A stretch of DNA of 64,000 nt from a virus. Its lineage: Duplodnaviria > Caudoviricetes. Below the pieces are notes generated by a model, which saw only the letters and a list, made by a program, of their open reading frames with translations, searched no databases and had not been told where the DNA came from. Made by a program: the position numbers and the translations under genes. Below are positions 30,601-37,769 of this stretch, piece by piece. Every line of letters begins with the position of its first letter. Position 1 is the first letter of the stretch. Location: the IMG/VR virus record IMGVR_UViG_3300044658_000017, positions 24,639 through 88,638 of that record; one strand, given 5' to 3'.

Positions 30601-31467
30601 AGTGGACTCTCTGCTTTAGCCGGTGAACTAGCACCTTATTCAAGTAATATAAGTATTTCTTATGCTGATATAGTAAGTGATGGTAGAGCTTTAGATAACT
30701 CTATACAAATAAGAAGTAATCTTGGAGAAAAAGGAGACTATCATGTAGCTATGACCATTCTTCATGAAGTTATACATGGTCTTACTGTAAAACAAATTAG
30801 TCCTTATCTACAAGAAGTAAAAGGTAGTTATCAGGTAGTAGATAAAGCTCCGGCTTATGTAAGCAAATTAGTTCAATTATATAATGTTGCCAGAGGAGCT
30901 ATAGGAGATCAGAATATTGAAAGACTAAGAGAAAAAATAGCTCTTCAAACAAAGCTCAATAATGAATTACAAGCTGCTGCTACTGATGAAGAAAGATCAG
31001 CTATAAGAAGTAGAATATCTGATATAGCCTTAACTCCTGAAGAAAAGAGAGTTCAATATGGAGCTTATAATATCAAAGAGTTTATGGCTATGGCCATGAC
31101 TCAGCCGGAGTTTCAAAAAGAAATGGCTAAATATGAATACAAAAATACTGGCCAAAGCCTGCTGGAAAGATTTAAAGAAGTACTTAATCAAATATTAAAG
31201 GCCATAGGGCTTGATTATTCAGAAAAATCTGTAACAGCACAGGCTATAAATAGTATATTTGAGCTTATTACAGATAAAAATGAAAAATTCTCAACTCCAA
31301 ATACAGAAAAGTTTAATGCTATAGCTGAAGGTGCTTTTGGAGATTCTGAAGAGGATGAGTTTAGAAAATGGCTTGAAGTAAACAAGTGGGAGGGAGATAC
31401 TGAGGAAAGTCTGAGTATTGCTGAATTACCATCGGTTCAAAGTATAAACGAAAATAACTGTTATTGA
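18667..31467 (+). CDS. Virion-packaged DNA-dependent RNA polymerase polyprotein (phi14:2 gp66-like) with a C-terminal zincin domain
   Basis: 4266 aa. RIP motif (R3089, nt 27931) and GLDFDIDK catalytic motif (nt 28042-28065) of crAss two-barrel RNAPs. HEVIH (nt 30763-30777) with a downstream 'EF' zincin motif. Confidence 0.9.
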   Translation: MSKSVRPAGSNGSEKAPLEPSDFLKEYGFTPNPYAGVDAQETLKQTHFNPDQYEYITNPSSLDKGSAESLQAARQPAIDVLKRSIKQFGANVAGAIATGALNTADVKGTFDILTNKETDFNSKIFGVSAQDIMNWSNEVQQKNQIYEKNPGSFSPGKLSWWGKQFASSGTGVGMGLEALGETLAVGAATEGLGAIPELGNAISKFPKLLRTIKAAKTVEEAAEIANVASRLKKTATTYAILNRLNESKSEAQQTFQDAYEELINQKNPDGTNKYTEEQARSAAAAGARRDFLWNMPLMALDILTYRTMVFNPFSGTGTGLIEKGLEHAATKLASKGVVGKAVGWALPHIVGAASEGSEEGLQFIGSEEGKHYARVLAGLDDDSSFFQRLGKDVTSAEFWNNFAGGVIGSPIIGGVMKLFNSAMNGRQQKRLADMHKDFVANVGKMDDHISNLIREYEAQGNVETANVLRRNFGAMKVLSALQLDALKDSDVAFDSYKNFLRQTLDEVNNGKTDSLNDLGFNNVTKEQVDQIKAHFGTYLQDAERMKKIFDQVSNQHEKQFVPEIAMQMFSVETRREKQVELAQDISNLKNSVFGYSSLSDNGKKIHDLEYQMLAHKNELKRLQKIKQEYKNPAEQKNVDAVIAITENKLNNLNEQLKDINKDESYTQEQRDSDASLLATPVKDQKYYQAIRDNVANASQIDIESRNLALWNDQQFKNEQAIHGIINSRNKEQLDQLEQDLTKNGKLTDPIKEAIADRRKKLAAKQAIDNQNAKNDDVANPVANDPTIENKQTTVANPTVTTEVQVQQQAEAQEAESKDNGSVLPQGDIQSAVATAPEMNFKNFDMFSEQMAEIAQIANEQSASTEDDAHAAVLEAVSKTEITNIEDILNEDAGRLDIIYDGNPVLFKAFDVFLNTDNFTLQLIGLKYGKANDIEAVISAIKLGQELNKRGITFTSEGIEVKGGEINTLWDNLVELGFAIKKEKGYVFKRDIIPAAEEYAGPVEVSLAPVELSDNMTGEQKERLKSAVAILLQGFEHPTFEDLVRAAIKQSNIDTADKTFNLLTRGWELNGYSRVDYRQVYTKIFQDPIGTLNSLLGELATVNDPTTEIKSSVITEGTEAAIQDTIAEQTKPNDFDNNGQPIYNYTGVVTNEVEMKFAFLSVPYDLILTTEEDGSVTVKKQTREGQINAGEDVDSLKLLDPNKYQEGTELHVMIPSNFMDIKIGTWNADGTPGPAMSFGQYVAQNNLSPEDQEYKDKIPMIIYDKGKTNERGIAFIHDTQWYNPINFNQSKPGQMEQAIKSVREMRQAILDAKGKPVSITVTGKRETTFDSLKLPQGNQITLKEANPDTTIAVAININQLTKDGKNIVFEGQLNNTKPFSENMAYDVRQTGMKDGKPTYTAFPVSQPPLSDLTKSSILMALKVFVNAKNQNLQAGDKSVFDNVHAQILASSGIDIRSVNGITQYLSQFMHVANLENANSVAEAEAQLKGKGKKEGYKYLTINSSGGIVCGTVGKPMTPKNNGFFINPNPGKDMETSFKLANAFLDNIIKTNFLEGYQQHVHFGSLNRNKPVVQFNMKGEPTTTGSYNDYLMSNLKTNIRSINIGTKENPNYVTSVQPIITYQLTSKIKQDEKISPEKIREEIIEQRREESRTDGQQVSSEEGKGQQEKIAELRKEQEDLIKQAKEELGFDFLNDLSEEDLAPVELTDSQRESIEQSVQSIAGLNPQQQSELIDFMYNQVAAQIDLDNKEGISKEKVYAEVKKNFEAIIKPLRKTYADKVKQIQKLIDADPETPHLQDLKLAIASYNKSIQRINDIQANYKLMEAETELKVSKYTNIQKGKLKENQETDDDSETDEDRPFDEGDGSTERAKEFGTDSLSENPDNKLTYAMRRFLGQIRKVDKDGKPMTGFLKLPTYVGSDTVANTVRDLLADVPSDFSTMMAKLERSVPGYPWLRELIDRLQASTKERQNQFVTVFSNHRLSMKFSMISYDNKNKTWHSKVYDTFQSGLAAQLALTWYNNFIDSDLVHMVNEVYSLNTDEAQKLVDEYDSWIGTNVPVLKSDIKNIVATISMITGKKPEVTIMPTGELKTELDALKEGEKKRFKFRNIEYQIQKNGNQFKASFFNKAQSVNPENVRQWLEKIGIRMSDAGFQELMSNGLYHNFEKIKGDGLYTNPNGLFRILATALRTGIASPNKDLVTGEGNPLFQSVVKSLANLESNFNTSVNSPNGRDNGKSIFGFTAPKFITDRTRDLKTKDGKVIQELSTISFSKKSLWLDLLVNSEKFRDQFEVSHIGLTALKEMGKKIYRDNGITKLSDVDHELTKLVMFWDTKQGEVVYNNQLNTASDTTISMRMATMFAPTMSDKSNMMLLKTAVLNLEDKHFVLDSNGNPTLGKEGVKILYEQAVRPELMRMVKHAQLGGKTNISAYDKGAKMFLLIPELNYVKFNEDLLLIDAIANGVQEFNLEYIESRPELMNQIADVLKSTLDQLVKEKISAWDKYGFLTKTQNGDITGIEFMDKKYSDKFNGTSKEKVYKAAIDFELNSMIATANSFMLYAGDPAMYYKSKAKDYITIARDTFVNVGKRLANQIAPGTTIANSENERYVQLFLEDRKSIAEVPFLKFATRVNDGKEITDKEIEKLLNGTKEEKEKIAEKYPKSAGYFNIEGSDAQEYTTWKEHLSLLEKLGKTSDSIFEVTPDEIQEAKELFSSWENGKKAPLTKRQEKLIGKVLQPMKPVYTGQIYDPTQDAMRVVYIKSSSFPLIPQLTAGLEIDKLRKKMEDIEAREKKTVRASYQTANKVGSVNNPAVLWKEGSIMDDETLNNLEKSSLILDRKNFRIQQDVPFKSGKRLEDKITLGTQLMKVLFGNGVIDADDFELDGKKYNGKVLHKFYNDAFNDLIRNKKAQLYDELGLDESGHSKDLKHTYNKLQKLLKDEAINRGYPIQDIEGLNLDDNGNFITPLWSSANSNRYEAMLNAIVSNRLIKIKFPGNSYVVGSEEGFRFQDNLEGVDQSKIIWTSKWNGKGLQGSFKKNGSIEKAQVLVASKFRDNDGNLIDLFTKKDGQYIYVTKSEDGKWMLKEDMIDSKLLSLTSFRIPTSGHVSAAQVEIVGILPAQSADLMIVPRNFTKQMGLDFDIDKQYTYQLWHHMTEDGKFVELDEKIKEDILNNAKGTLKDGTKAGKLMQAIFGDELPSFTEEEIKSDSQLRALNSKLEEKILQNRIIKIHSAVLTNPDDNIQSKINGILSTDYAEEQADMIEQLSNKAEQSKVFTPLSSEYQKMKMGLGAAGKIGTGAYSLDVTFHSLVQQIAALGKPLQLTYPVVDEEGNVTIEEKEFRFGNQVSDGRLGNERTIDGNRTIAEVLAELQNIALDNEKLQVMGRVGLNDLTIDVSKAFALLGFDKGEDEGKSSVQFLFLSQPIVKEFVERMKNANSNMAEFSQDKEQLVVTQLLRKYVGDKDNWDRLNNDSEYQNLMSRRMSTTEMLAALKTTSPDGALQEAILHRFLEMRDYGVKIRSIQTGINADAKGLGKSFYDVIARREALNKIGDNNAFIRGASNLIGDYSITQETPSHVYIGNYWVKPTSLTGSFNIHAVSTAYNMWSNYLPYDAPIMNQVYDEIMSSISMGDNTSLIDNKGIIIKQEIFKAFKKYLSANTQNGIINYTDDIVEERKRLYIDSDTNTSLAKYIKTLRDTIGNKIIDNYIKTNKLINRFEFNIQKDGQPSLIKFNNAVGEEFDEQYLYNSLSYLLAANKKLPDFNGKSYTTTKLAQDLIAYTYLGNATQEAIQFTKYIPVTYTNMVGYGDFMRKVGIRLSNDLSVVGAKMKEEESSIDSNFTIQFMQHNPERVKNKIPANQVDKMTHSRNADYKSSDLNTLQSFSLVQEEGQTPPKYISIYNRGMVKGEKKFQLYMNQGDGTFKRIPVLGTFGMDEYDASQSVGQSLVNGKPKAIVVPSNINKTAPVPTHSDTFGINTGNAKTVLENISRAGISGLSALAGELAPYSSNISISYADIVSDGRALDNSIQIRSNLGEKGDYHVAMTILHEVIHGLTVKQISPYLQEVKGSYQVVDKAPAYVSKLVQLYNVARGAIGDQNIERLREKIALQTKLNNELQAAATDEERSAIRSRISDIALTPEEKRVQYGAYNIKEFMAMAMTQPEFQKEMAKYEYKNTGQSLLERFKEVLNQILKAIGLDYSEKSVTAQAINSIFELITDKNEKFSTPNTEKFNAIAEGAFGDSEEDEFRKWLEVNKWEGDTEESLSIAELPSVQSINENNCY

Positions 31468-31468
31468 T

Positions 31469-34400
31469 ATGAAGTGCATTCAAGATGTTAAGTTTGACAT
31501 TATAGATAAGATAAGAGAAGACCTCATTAAAGGAGGTCTTTTCTCTACCGGCCCTACTATTGATAATGTAATAGCTAAGGTAAGTAAGGAGGAAGTTGAA
31601 CCAGTAGTGAAGGAGTTAAATCATATGTATAAGGAGAGCTTGGTAACTCTTCAAGTTTCAAATGACCAGATAAGTCTGGCTATAAATCCCTCAGATGAAC
31701 TTGCTCAAAAGTATCTGAATCAGTATAAGCAAATAAAGATTGACCCTGAAAATGTTCCATTTAGTGAAGAACAAACTGAAAGAGGTTATATACTCGATAA
31801 TACTGGCCCTAATACTGCTCAAAACTTATCTCCTCTTGAGGAAGAAGAAACAGTAGGAGTATTTGAACAGTTTATAAGACATAAGCAGAGACTACAGACT
31901 TTTCTTGAGCAAAGATTAGCTGATATACAAAAGGAGTTAAAAAATCCCAAGACAACTCAGGCTCGAAGAGTGGAACTAAACAATCTTCGATTAAGTATTA
32001 AGCATAAATTAGAAGGTGACTCGGCTAAAGGTATAACCGGCTTAATAGGGGAAATTTCAGACTTGAAGAAGAATGCAAACATTGATGCAGTAGGTTATTA
32101 TGTAGAGAAAGACTTAGCAAGGTTAAAGGAACTTACTAAATCAAATAATCCTTTAGATATTAAAGAAGCTAGAACTATTATAGACTTCTATGATGCTGCC
32201 GGTACTTTTCAAAGTGATAGGGAAAATCCCTTCTTTCCACAGAATCAAATGTTCTTCTTTGATGAGAACGATAAGCAAACTCCTGATTACAAATTAGGAG
32301 AGGAAACTATGAATCAATTTAAGCAATGGAGGGATATTGCAATGGGTTTTGCTCCTGCTATTGATTTAAAGGCTAAAGAAGTTACAGTAAGTAATTTTAA
32401 TTCCAATAAAGGAGTACAATCTGTATATGAAGGAAAGGAATTTAATTTTGATGAAATAGTTCATACCAAAGAGGGATTAAAAGATGTGGATTGGGTATCA
32501 GCTTGGGCAATGGATGTAACACAATCTATTTTTTCTAAGTCGGCACAGTTGGCACAAGTAATGCATAGCATCCTCGTTGATGCTATTGAGAAGCATGAAA
32601 ACTTTTCCCGTGACTATGCTAAAAGAATAGAAGAAATTACTCCTAAAGTAAATAAAGTATTAGCAGAAATTAGCAATGGTAAGTATAAACTTAAGGCTTT
32701 TGGTATACTTGGTATTAACGGAGTTACTTATGATCTATTCTTAGATACTACTAAAAATGGAATGCAGACTGGTACTTTGGTTCAAAGATTTACTAAGGAA
32801 TTTGTAGATAGTCAGGTAGATCAAAGTAATCAGATGAAGCAGGATTTTGAACATGCAAGAACTTCTGATGATACTGTAAAGGCTAATTTATATAATACTG
32901 CTTTTGAAAAGAATAAACAGTGGAAAAGAGCCAATACCATAATGATGAACCCTGCCCTTATTGATGAAATTATAAGTGACCCCGAATATGCAGAGTTCAA
33001 AAAAGATGGAGTTACTGAAGACCAGAAGAAAGAACATAAAGAACAACTTGTTAAGTTACTTGGAGAGAGAGGCTACAAAGAAGAAATACAGAGACAGAAG
33101 GAACTGCTTACAAGATTTTTGGCTGATAGAGCTTCTTATACTAATGCACAAATGGTAGCCGAAGGTGTAAATAGTGAAGATAAACTATCTGCACATAGTA
33201 AGTTTATTATTAAACAATGGAATTTACAGCATAATCCTACTTATGGTGTTCAGGATTATTTTGCTGCTGGTGGTTTATTTGTAGATAATAGGAAGGTTAA
33301 TACCTATATGGATTATAACAACACTATCCCTAGAGCAAATAAAACCAAAATAACTGCTGTAAATGGTCAACTTCAATTTGAAGATACAAATCAATCTACA
33401 GGGTATTACAATGATAAGTTTAAAACTATTGATTCCGATGAAACTCTCAGAGAGTTTTATGATCTTGTAAAAGAAGGTATAGAAAAGATAATAGAATCTG
33501 CTCCCTATGAATTACAAAAGTCATTACCTGCAATGACACTTCCAACCCTTATGAAATCCACTACTGAGTTCTTGATGGACAACCATAATGGAACTCTAAA
33601 GATGTTATCATCTGCTTGGAGAAGATTATGGGATAGAATCAGACTCAGCTTTGGTTTAATACAACAAAGTGAAGTCTCTTATGCAGTTAAAGACCCGATT
33701 ACTGGAAAATACAATTACAAGGTTAATGACAGTTTCTTACAAGGTAACCAAAGGGCTGTCAAGGAGAGATCAATTATTGAAAAAAGTAAGTTTATTCAGG
33801 CTTATAATTTGGGTAGAACTAAAGGTAGGCTGGAATCTATTAATAGATTTTCTATCGTACCTCTGAATGAAATGAATCCTTCTGCACTAGCACATCTTGC
33901 ACAACTACTTCATGTAGATATAAGTATGAGTGAAATACAAGCTGGTAAGATTGACAAGATAAGAAATATAATTGGTGAGAGTGTTTCAATAGGTAAAATT
34001 ATCAGAGATTATTCTGTACACTCCGTAGTGCAATCTCAGAGTTTTGACTTACCTAAACTAATGAAACACTTCACTAATCTTGCAGCAGCTTATGCAGCTA
34101 GAACTGAGACTCTACCTATGATGGAGATAATGAAGGCACATTATGAAGGAATTAAAAACCCAAAGACTACTAATATAGGAAAGCCTATATTAAATATGGT
34201 TGAAAATGCAATAGCTTCTGAAGGTGATAGAAAGAGGGCCATACAACAAATGGAAGACTGGTTCCAAAGAGTAATGCTTAATAACTATGGTCTTAAGCAT
34301 GCAGGAGTATTTGGTTTTAAAACTAAAACAGAGAAGGATGATAATACCGGCAAAGTAAGTACTAAAATACCTCTTATTGGTGAACATATTTATAGTAATG

Positions 34401-36202
34401 AAGAGAAACAAAAGATTAAAGAGATAGATGAATTATTAAGTAAGGGAGGTTTAAGTGATGCAGAAGCTGGAAAACTTCAGGACATTAAAAAGGGATTTGG
34501 TAAGGTAAGAACAGCTACTGCATTTGTAACTAATTTCCTTAATCTTATCAGGGGACTTAGACTTGGATGGAACTTATCTTCAGGTATAACAAACTTTGCT
34601 GAAGGTTATACATCTAATATGATACTAGCTGCTGGAGGAGAGTATTTCAATCCTGAAGAGATATATTATGCATACTCTGTAATAAGAGGTTCATGGGTAA
34701 AGAATCTTACATTTGGTAAACGTGTAAGCCGTGCTGCAAATAAGGCTAGAATACTTATGGATAGATTTAATGTACTTATGGATTCAAAAAATGAATTACA
34801 GAAGGCTACATTAAAGACTAATCTATCTAAACTTGAAGCACTTAATCCATATGAAATTAATGCAAGAGTTGAGTATCTTAACCAAGCTCCTGTAATGATT
34901 GCTATGCTTAGGAGTACTATAATTAAGGATAAGAATGGTAAAGAGGCTTCAGTATGGAATGCTTTAGGTGATGATGGTAATTTGATAGAAGACTTCAGAA
35001 CAGAAGAGAACATCAACAACTGGGAAAAACTCATCAATAAAGATTACCTAGCCTTCAAAAATAAACTAAATCAGGCTATTGTAGTAGGTCATGGTAACTA
35101 TGATGATCTCCGGGGTATGATGGCAAAATCCGGTTTAACCGGCAAAGCTCTGATGATGTTTAAGACCTGGCTTCCTATGCAAATTTATTGGAGGTTTGGA
35201 GAAGAACAGGTAAATCTGAAAACCGGCAAAACGGTTAAAGGAAGATATAGGAGCTTTACCCCCGGCAGTGCAGCTACTTTTGCTGCTGGTGTTGGTTTTG
35301 CTGCTTTTGGGCCTGTAGGGATAGCTTTAGGAGGTTTGGGATATGCTGCCGGCAAATTCTTTGGAGTAGAAACAGAACTTGGAGCTTTACGGGAACTGGT
35401 TACAGTTAATAAGTTATTATTTAAGAAGGCCATAGGGATGCCAGTAAATATACTTGCAGGAAGAAACTTAGTTAAGAGCAATGATGACTTCTCTGATTGG
35501 GTTGGTAAGGGTAAGTTTACAGCATTAGATGCTCGTAATCTAAGGGGTAATATGGCTGAGTTATCTATAATGATGACTACATTAGCATTAACTCTACTTA
35601 TTAAATCCTTATTCTGGCATGATGACGATGATAAAGATAGTGCTGAAAGACAGTTTCATAATGTAGCAGTTAACAAACTTATGCAGTTAAGTTCTCAAGC
35701 TATGATGTATGTCAATCCTTCTGAGACATGGAAGAATGTATTTGGTGACATTGGAGTACTTAAGTTTCTTACTGATTGTGGTACTGAACTTAAACATCTT
35801 GAAGAATTAATGACTGGAACTGACCCCGGTGGTACTAAAACATGGAGGCAAACAAAGAAACTGTTTCTTCCGGGCCTATTTAAAGACCTTAATTTAAAGT
35901 TAGGCTTTGGTACACAAATGGAAAAGCAATTTACTCCTTCACCTTTCGATGACTGGTTTAAGTCTGAAGAAGTAGTAACTGCTAAGAAAGAAAAACTTGA
36001 GAGACAAAACCTCAATGAAAAGCTAAAGGAAATGGGGTATAAAGATCAAAAACAAAGATTGCAAATTATTAACATGGAAATGCCTACTACAAAGCAACTT
36101 AATAAGAAAGGTTATACAAGAGAAGAATGGGAGGAAGAAAACAGAGATTGGGAAAGACCAGAACCATTAGTACCTGAAGCTGAAGAGCAAGAACAACAAT
36201 AG
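31469..36202 (+). CDS. Large ejected / internal virion protein downstream of the RNAP, with late hydrophobic segments
   Basis: 1577 aa, helical. Gly/Ala hydrophobic stretch at nt 35267-35365 and a second at nt 35561-35617. Confidence 0.65.
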   Translation: MKCIQDVKFDIIDKIREDLIKGGLFSTGPTIDNVIAKVSKEEVEPVVKELNHMYKESLVTLQVSNDQISLAINPSDELAQKYLNQYKQIKIDPENVPFSEEQTERGYILDNTGPNTAQNLSPLEEEETVGVFEQFIRHKQRLQTFLEQRLADIQKELKNPKTTQARRVELNNLRLSIKHKLEGDSAKGITGLIGEISDLKKNANIDAVGYYVEKDLARLKELTKSNNPLDIKEARTIIDFYDAAGTFQSDRENPFFPQNQMFFFDENDKQTPDYKLGEETMNQFKQWRDIAMGFAPAIDLKAKEVTVSNFNSNKGVQSVYEGKEFNFDEIVHTKEGLKDVDWVSAWAMDVTQSIFSKSAQLAQVMHSILVDAIEKHENFSRDYAKRIEEITPKVNKVLAEISNGKYKLKAFGILGINGVTYDLFLDTTKNGMQTGTLVQRFTKEFVDSQVDQSNQMKQDFEHARTSDDTVKANLYNTAFEKNKQWKRANTIMMNPALIDEIISDPEYAEFKKDGVTEDQKKEHKEQLVKLLGERGYKEEIQRQKELLTRFLADRASYTNAQMVAEGVNSEDKLSAHSKFIIKQWNLQHNPTYGVQDYFAAGGLFVDNRKVNTYMDYNNTIPRANKTKITAVNGQLQFEDTNQSTGYYNDKFKTIDSDETLREFYDLVKEGIEKIIESAPYELQKSLPAMTLPTLMKSTTEFLMDNHNGTLKMLSSAWRRLWDRIRLSFGLIQQSEVSYAVKDPITGKYNYKVNDSFLQGNQRAVKERSIIEKSKFIQAYNLGRTKGRLESINRFSIVPLNEMNPSALAHLAQLLHVDISMSEIQAGKIDKIRNIIGESVSIGKIIRDYSVHSVVQSQSFDLPKLMKHFTNLAAAYAARTETLPMMEIMKAHYEGIKNPKTTNIGKPILNMVENAIASEGDRKRAIQQMEDWFQRVMLNNYGLKHAGVFGFKTKTEKDDNTGKVSTKIPLIGEHIYSNEEKQKIKEIDELLSKGGLSDAEAGKLQDIKKGFGKVRTATAFVTNFLNLIRGLRLGWNLSSGITNFAEGYTSNMILAAGGEYFNPEEIYYAYSVIRGSWVKNLTFGKRVSRAANKARILMDRFNVLMDSKNELQKATLKTNLSKLEALNPYEINARVEYLNQAPVMIAMLRSTIIKDKNGKEASVWNALGDDGNLIEDFRTEENINNWEKLINKDYLAFKNKLNQAIVVGHGNYDDLRGMMAKSGLTGKALMMFKTWLPMQIYWRFGEEQVNLKTGKTVKGRYRSFTPGSAATFAAGVGFAAFGPVGIALGGLGYAAGKFFGVETELGALRELVTVNKLLFKKAIGMPVNILAGRNLVKSNDDFSDWVGKGKFTALDARNLRGNMAELSIMMTTLALTLLIKSLFWHDDDDKDSAERQFHNVAVNKLMQLSSQAMMYVNPSETWKNVFGDIGVLKFLTDCGTELKHLEELMTGTDPGGTKTWRQTKKLFLPGLFKDLNLKLGFGTQMEKQFTPSPFDDWFKSEEVVTAKKEKLERQNLNEKLKEMGYKDQKQRLQIINMEMPTTKQLNKKGYTREEWEEENRDWERPEPLVPEAEEQEQQ

Positions 36203-36219
36203 TATAAATACGGTACGTT

Positions 36220-36269
36220 AAAAAGGGGAGTAAGCCGGGGTTGATTCCAGCTTCTCCCCTTTCATTTTT
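36220..36269. terminator. Bidirectional rho-independent terminator at the convergence of the two gene arms
   Basis: AAAAGGGGAG-T-AAGC ... GCTT-CTCCCCTTT stem with an A-tract before and a T-tract after, between the 36202 (+) and 36272 (-) stops. Confidence 0.8.
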
Positions 36270-36271
36270 AA

Positions 36272-36634
36272 TTACGGGTAAACAAAGACTACAGTATAAG
36301 ATTGTACTCCATAAGCTAGTGGCTGGCTCATATCAGGTGTCATATAATATGCCTGTTGCCATCCCGGATTAAAGTCAAATAGTATTGTGTGGAATGTGTT
36401 GGTACTAAACCCATAGGGGTCTGTGTAATAAGTAATATCAATGTAGTACTGAGTTTCTTCAGTTACTGCACTCTGTAAGGTCATCAAAAATCCTGCATAC
36501 TTTCCTCCTACATTGTGGGGAACAATAGAACTGATTCCGGGGCCGAAAGTAACAGTTTTTGATCTTTGTGTACTAGCATCTGTCATTGATACTGTAATCA
36601 ATGCCAGTAGCAAACTAAGGATTAACCTTTTCAT
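36272..36634 (-). CDS. Putative secreted / periplasmic protein
   Basis: Classical Sec signal peptide MKRLILSLLLALITVSMTDA, followed by a beta-rich 100-aa domain. Confidence 0.6.
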   Translation of the reverse strand: MKRLILSLLLALITVSMTDASTQRSKTVTFGPGISSIVPHNVGGKYAGFLMTLQSAVTEETQYYIDITYYTDPYGFSTNTFHTILFDFNPGWQQAYYMTPDMSQPLAYGVQSYTVVFVYP

Positions 36635-36666
36635 TTGTTTTGATTTTATGGTTTGATAATGATTAA

Positions 36667-37056
36667 CTATTCTTCATCCCACGGAGCAGATTCTTCTGAT
36701 TGAAACTGATCTTTTCTTACTACCTCTGTATCTTCATCAGGGTTAAGATAACTCTTCAAGTTTCTAAACTGATTGTTATTTCCTTTATCCCAAACAGTAC
36801 CACATTGAGGACATTGCCAAACTCCTGTAGATATTTGGCCATGTATTATATCAACACTATTCAGTTTAGTGAAATGAAGTTGATTAGTAGGAGTATAACC
36901 ATAGTTTTCCTGAGCTATGGCAAGTAATTCTTTTTGACTCTTACCTTTAAATACATCAAGTGTAGATAGTTTTTCAAGAACATCACCATCATCCCATCCC
37001 ATTTCACACACAGGACATTGACCGTATCTGTTTAATGTCTTCGTAGACTCTGACAT
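36667..37056 (-). CDS. Zn-ribbon protein
   Basis: CPVC and CPQC pairs; acidic C-terminus. Confidence 0.65.
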   Translation of the reverse strand: MSESTKTLNRYGQCPVCEMGWDDGDVLEKLSTLDVFKGKSQKELLAIAQENYGYTPTNQLHFTKLNSVDIIHGQISTGVWQCPQCGTVWDKGNNNQFRNLKSYLNPDEDTEVVRKDQFQSEESAPWDEE

Positions 37057-37441
37057 AATCCATTGTTTTATTATTTTTGAAGTAATAGCTGGCTATCTTT
37101 TTAAAAATTTTAGATTCTGATTTGTATATATCTAAGTTTCTACTAAAGACAGCATCATTATAAACAATGTAGTCTCTGATCTTTTCTCTCATGGAGACTG
37201 CACTTGTATGATCTCTCAACATTGCTGCTGCTATCCTTCTGACACCAGCATGTTTTCTTGGAAGAAATATGGTGATATAAGCAAAGATTTCACGACACTG
37301 AGTAAGATTTCTTGATTTACTCTTAGACAGTATCTCGGTTGGCTTTACTTTGAATATCATACATATTTCATCTAATATATCATCCAAAGGAATAAGTAGT
37401 TCTTGTTCCAGCTTAATCCTTCTATCTCTTATTCTAGCCAT
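37004..37441 (-). CDS. Stand-alone DnaA C-terminal (domain IV) helix-turn-helix protein
   Basis: 'ILDEICMIFKVKPTEILSKSKSRNLTQCREIFAY...IAAAMLRDHTSAV' matches DnaA domain IV (I...V...f.v....l.sk.R...i...R.iamY...Ig..f.RDHtTV). Confidence 0.75.
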   Translation of the reverse strand: MARIRDRRIKLEQELLIPLDDILDEICMIFKVKPTEILSKSKSRNLTQCREIFAYITIFLPRKHAGVRRIAAAMLRDHTSAVSMREKIRDYIVYNDAVFSRNLDIYKSESKIFKKIASYYFKNNKTMDYVRVYEDIKQIRSMSCV

Positions 37442-37452
37442 AGAAATAGGTT

Positions 37453-37758
37453 TTAATTCAGAATAGGGTTTCCCTGAAAATGAAGATTAAATATCTTCAC
37501 TTGAAAGTCTTTTATGAATCGTTGGTTTTCACCTTCTGAATACCAATAGGTATAACCATCTTTTCTATTCTCCCAATAATAGACAAGAAGTGAATTTGGC
37601 CTTAACTGTTTATCAATCTCTATGCTAATTAGAACTTCTTCGATAAGTTCAGGTAAAGTTTTTCCTATTTCAAAACCCATTTGAATATGTTCTATTGAAA
37701 TAAAGAAAGTTCCTGTTACATATTGTCTATCTCCTCCTTGTCGTCTTCTTGGAAACAT
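37453..37758 (-). CDS. Hypothetical protein
   Basis: 101-aa ORF in the packed - strand array. Confidence 0.6.
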   Translation of the reverse strand: MFPRRRQGGDRQYVTGTFFISIEHIQMGFEIGKTLPELIEEVLISIEIDKQLRPNSLLVYYWENRKDGYTYWYSEGENQRFIKDFQVKIFNLHFQGNPILN

Positions 37759-37769
37759 AGTATTTATTT

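Noticed and set aside
1941-36015. Many short antisense or alternate-frame ORFs inside + strand genes (e.g. 1941..2186, 3289..3651, 19095..19391, 34666..35037, 35695..36015)
   Set aside because: They lie wholly within long, motif-bearing genes, have biased shadow-frame composition and no recognisable motifs.
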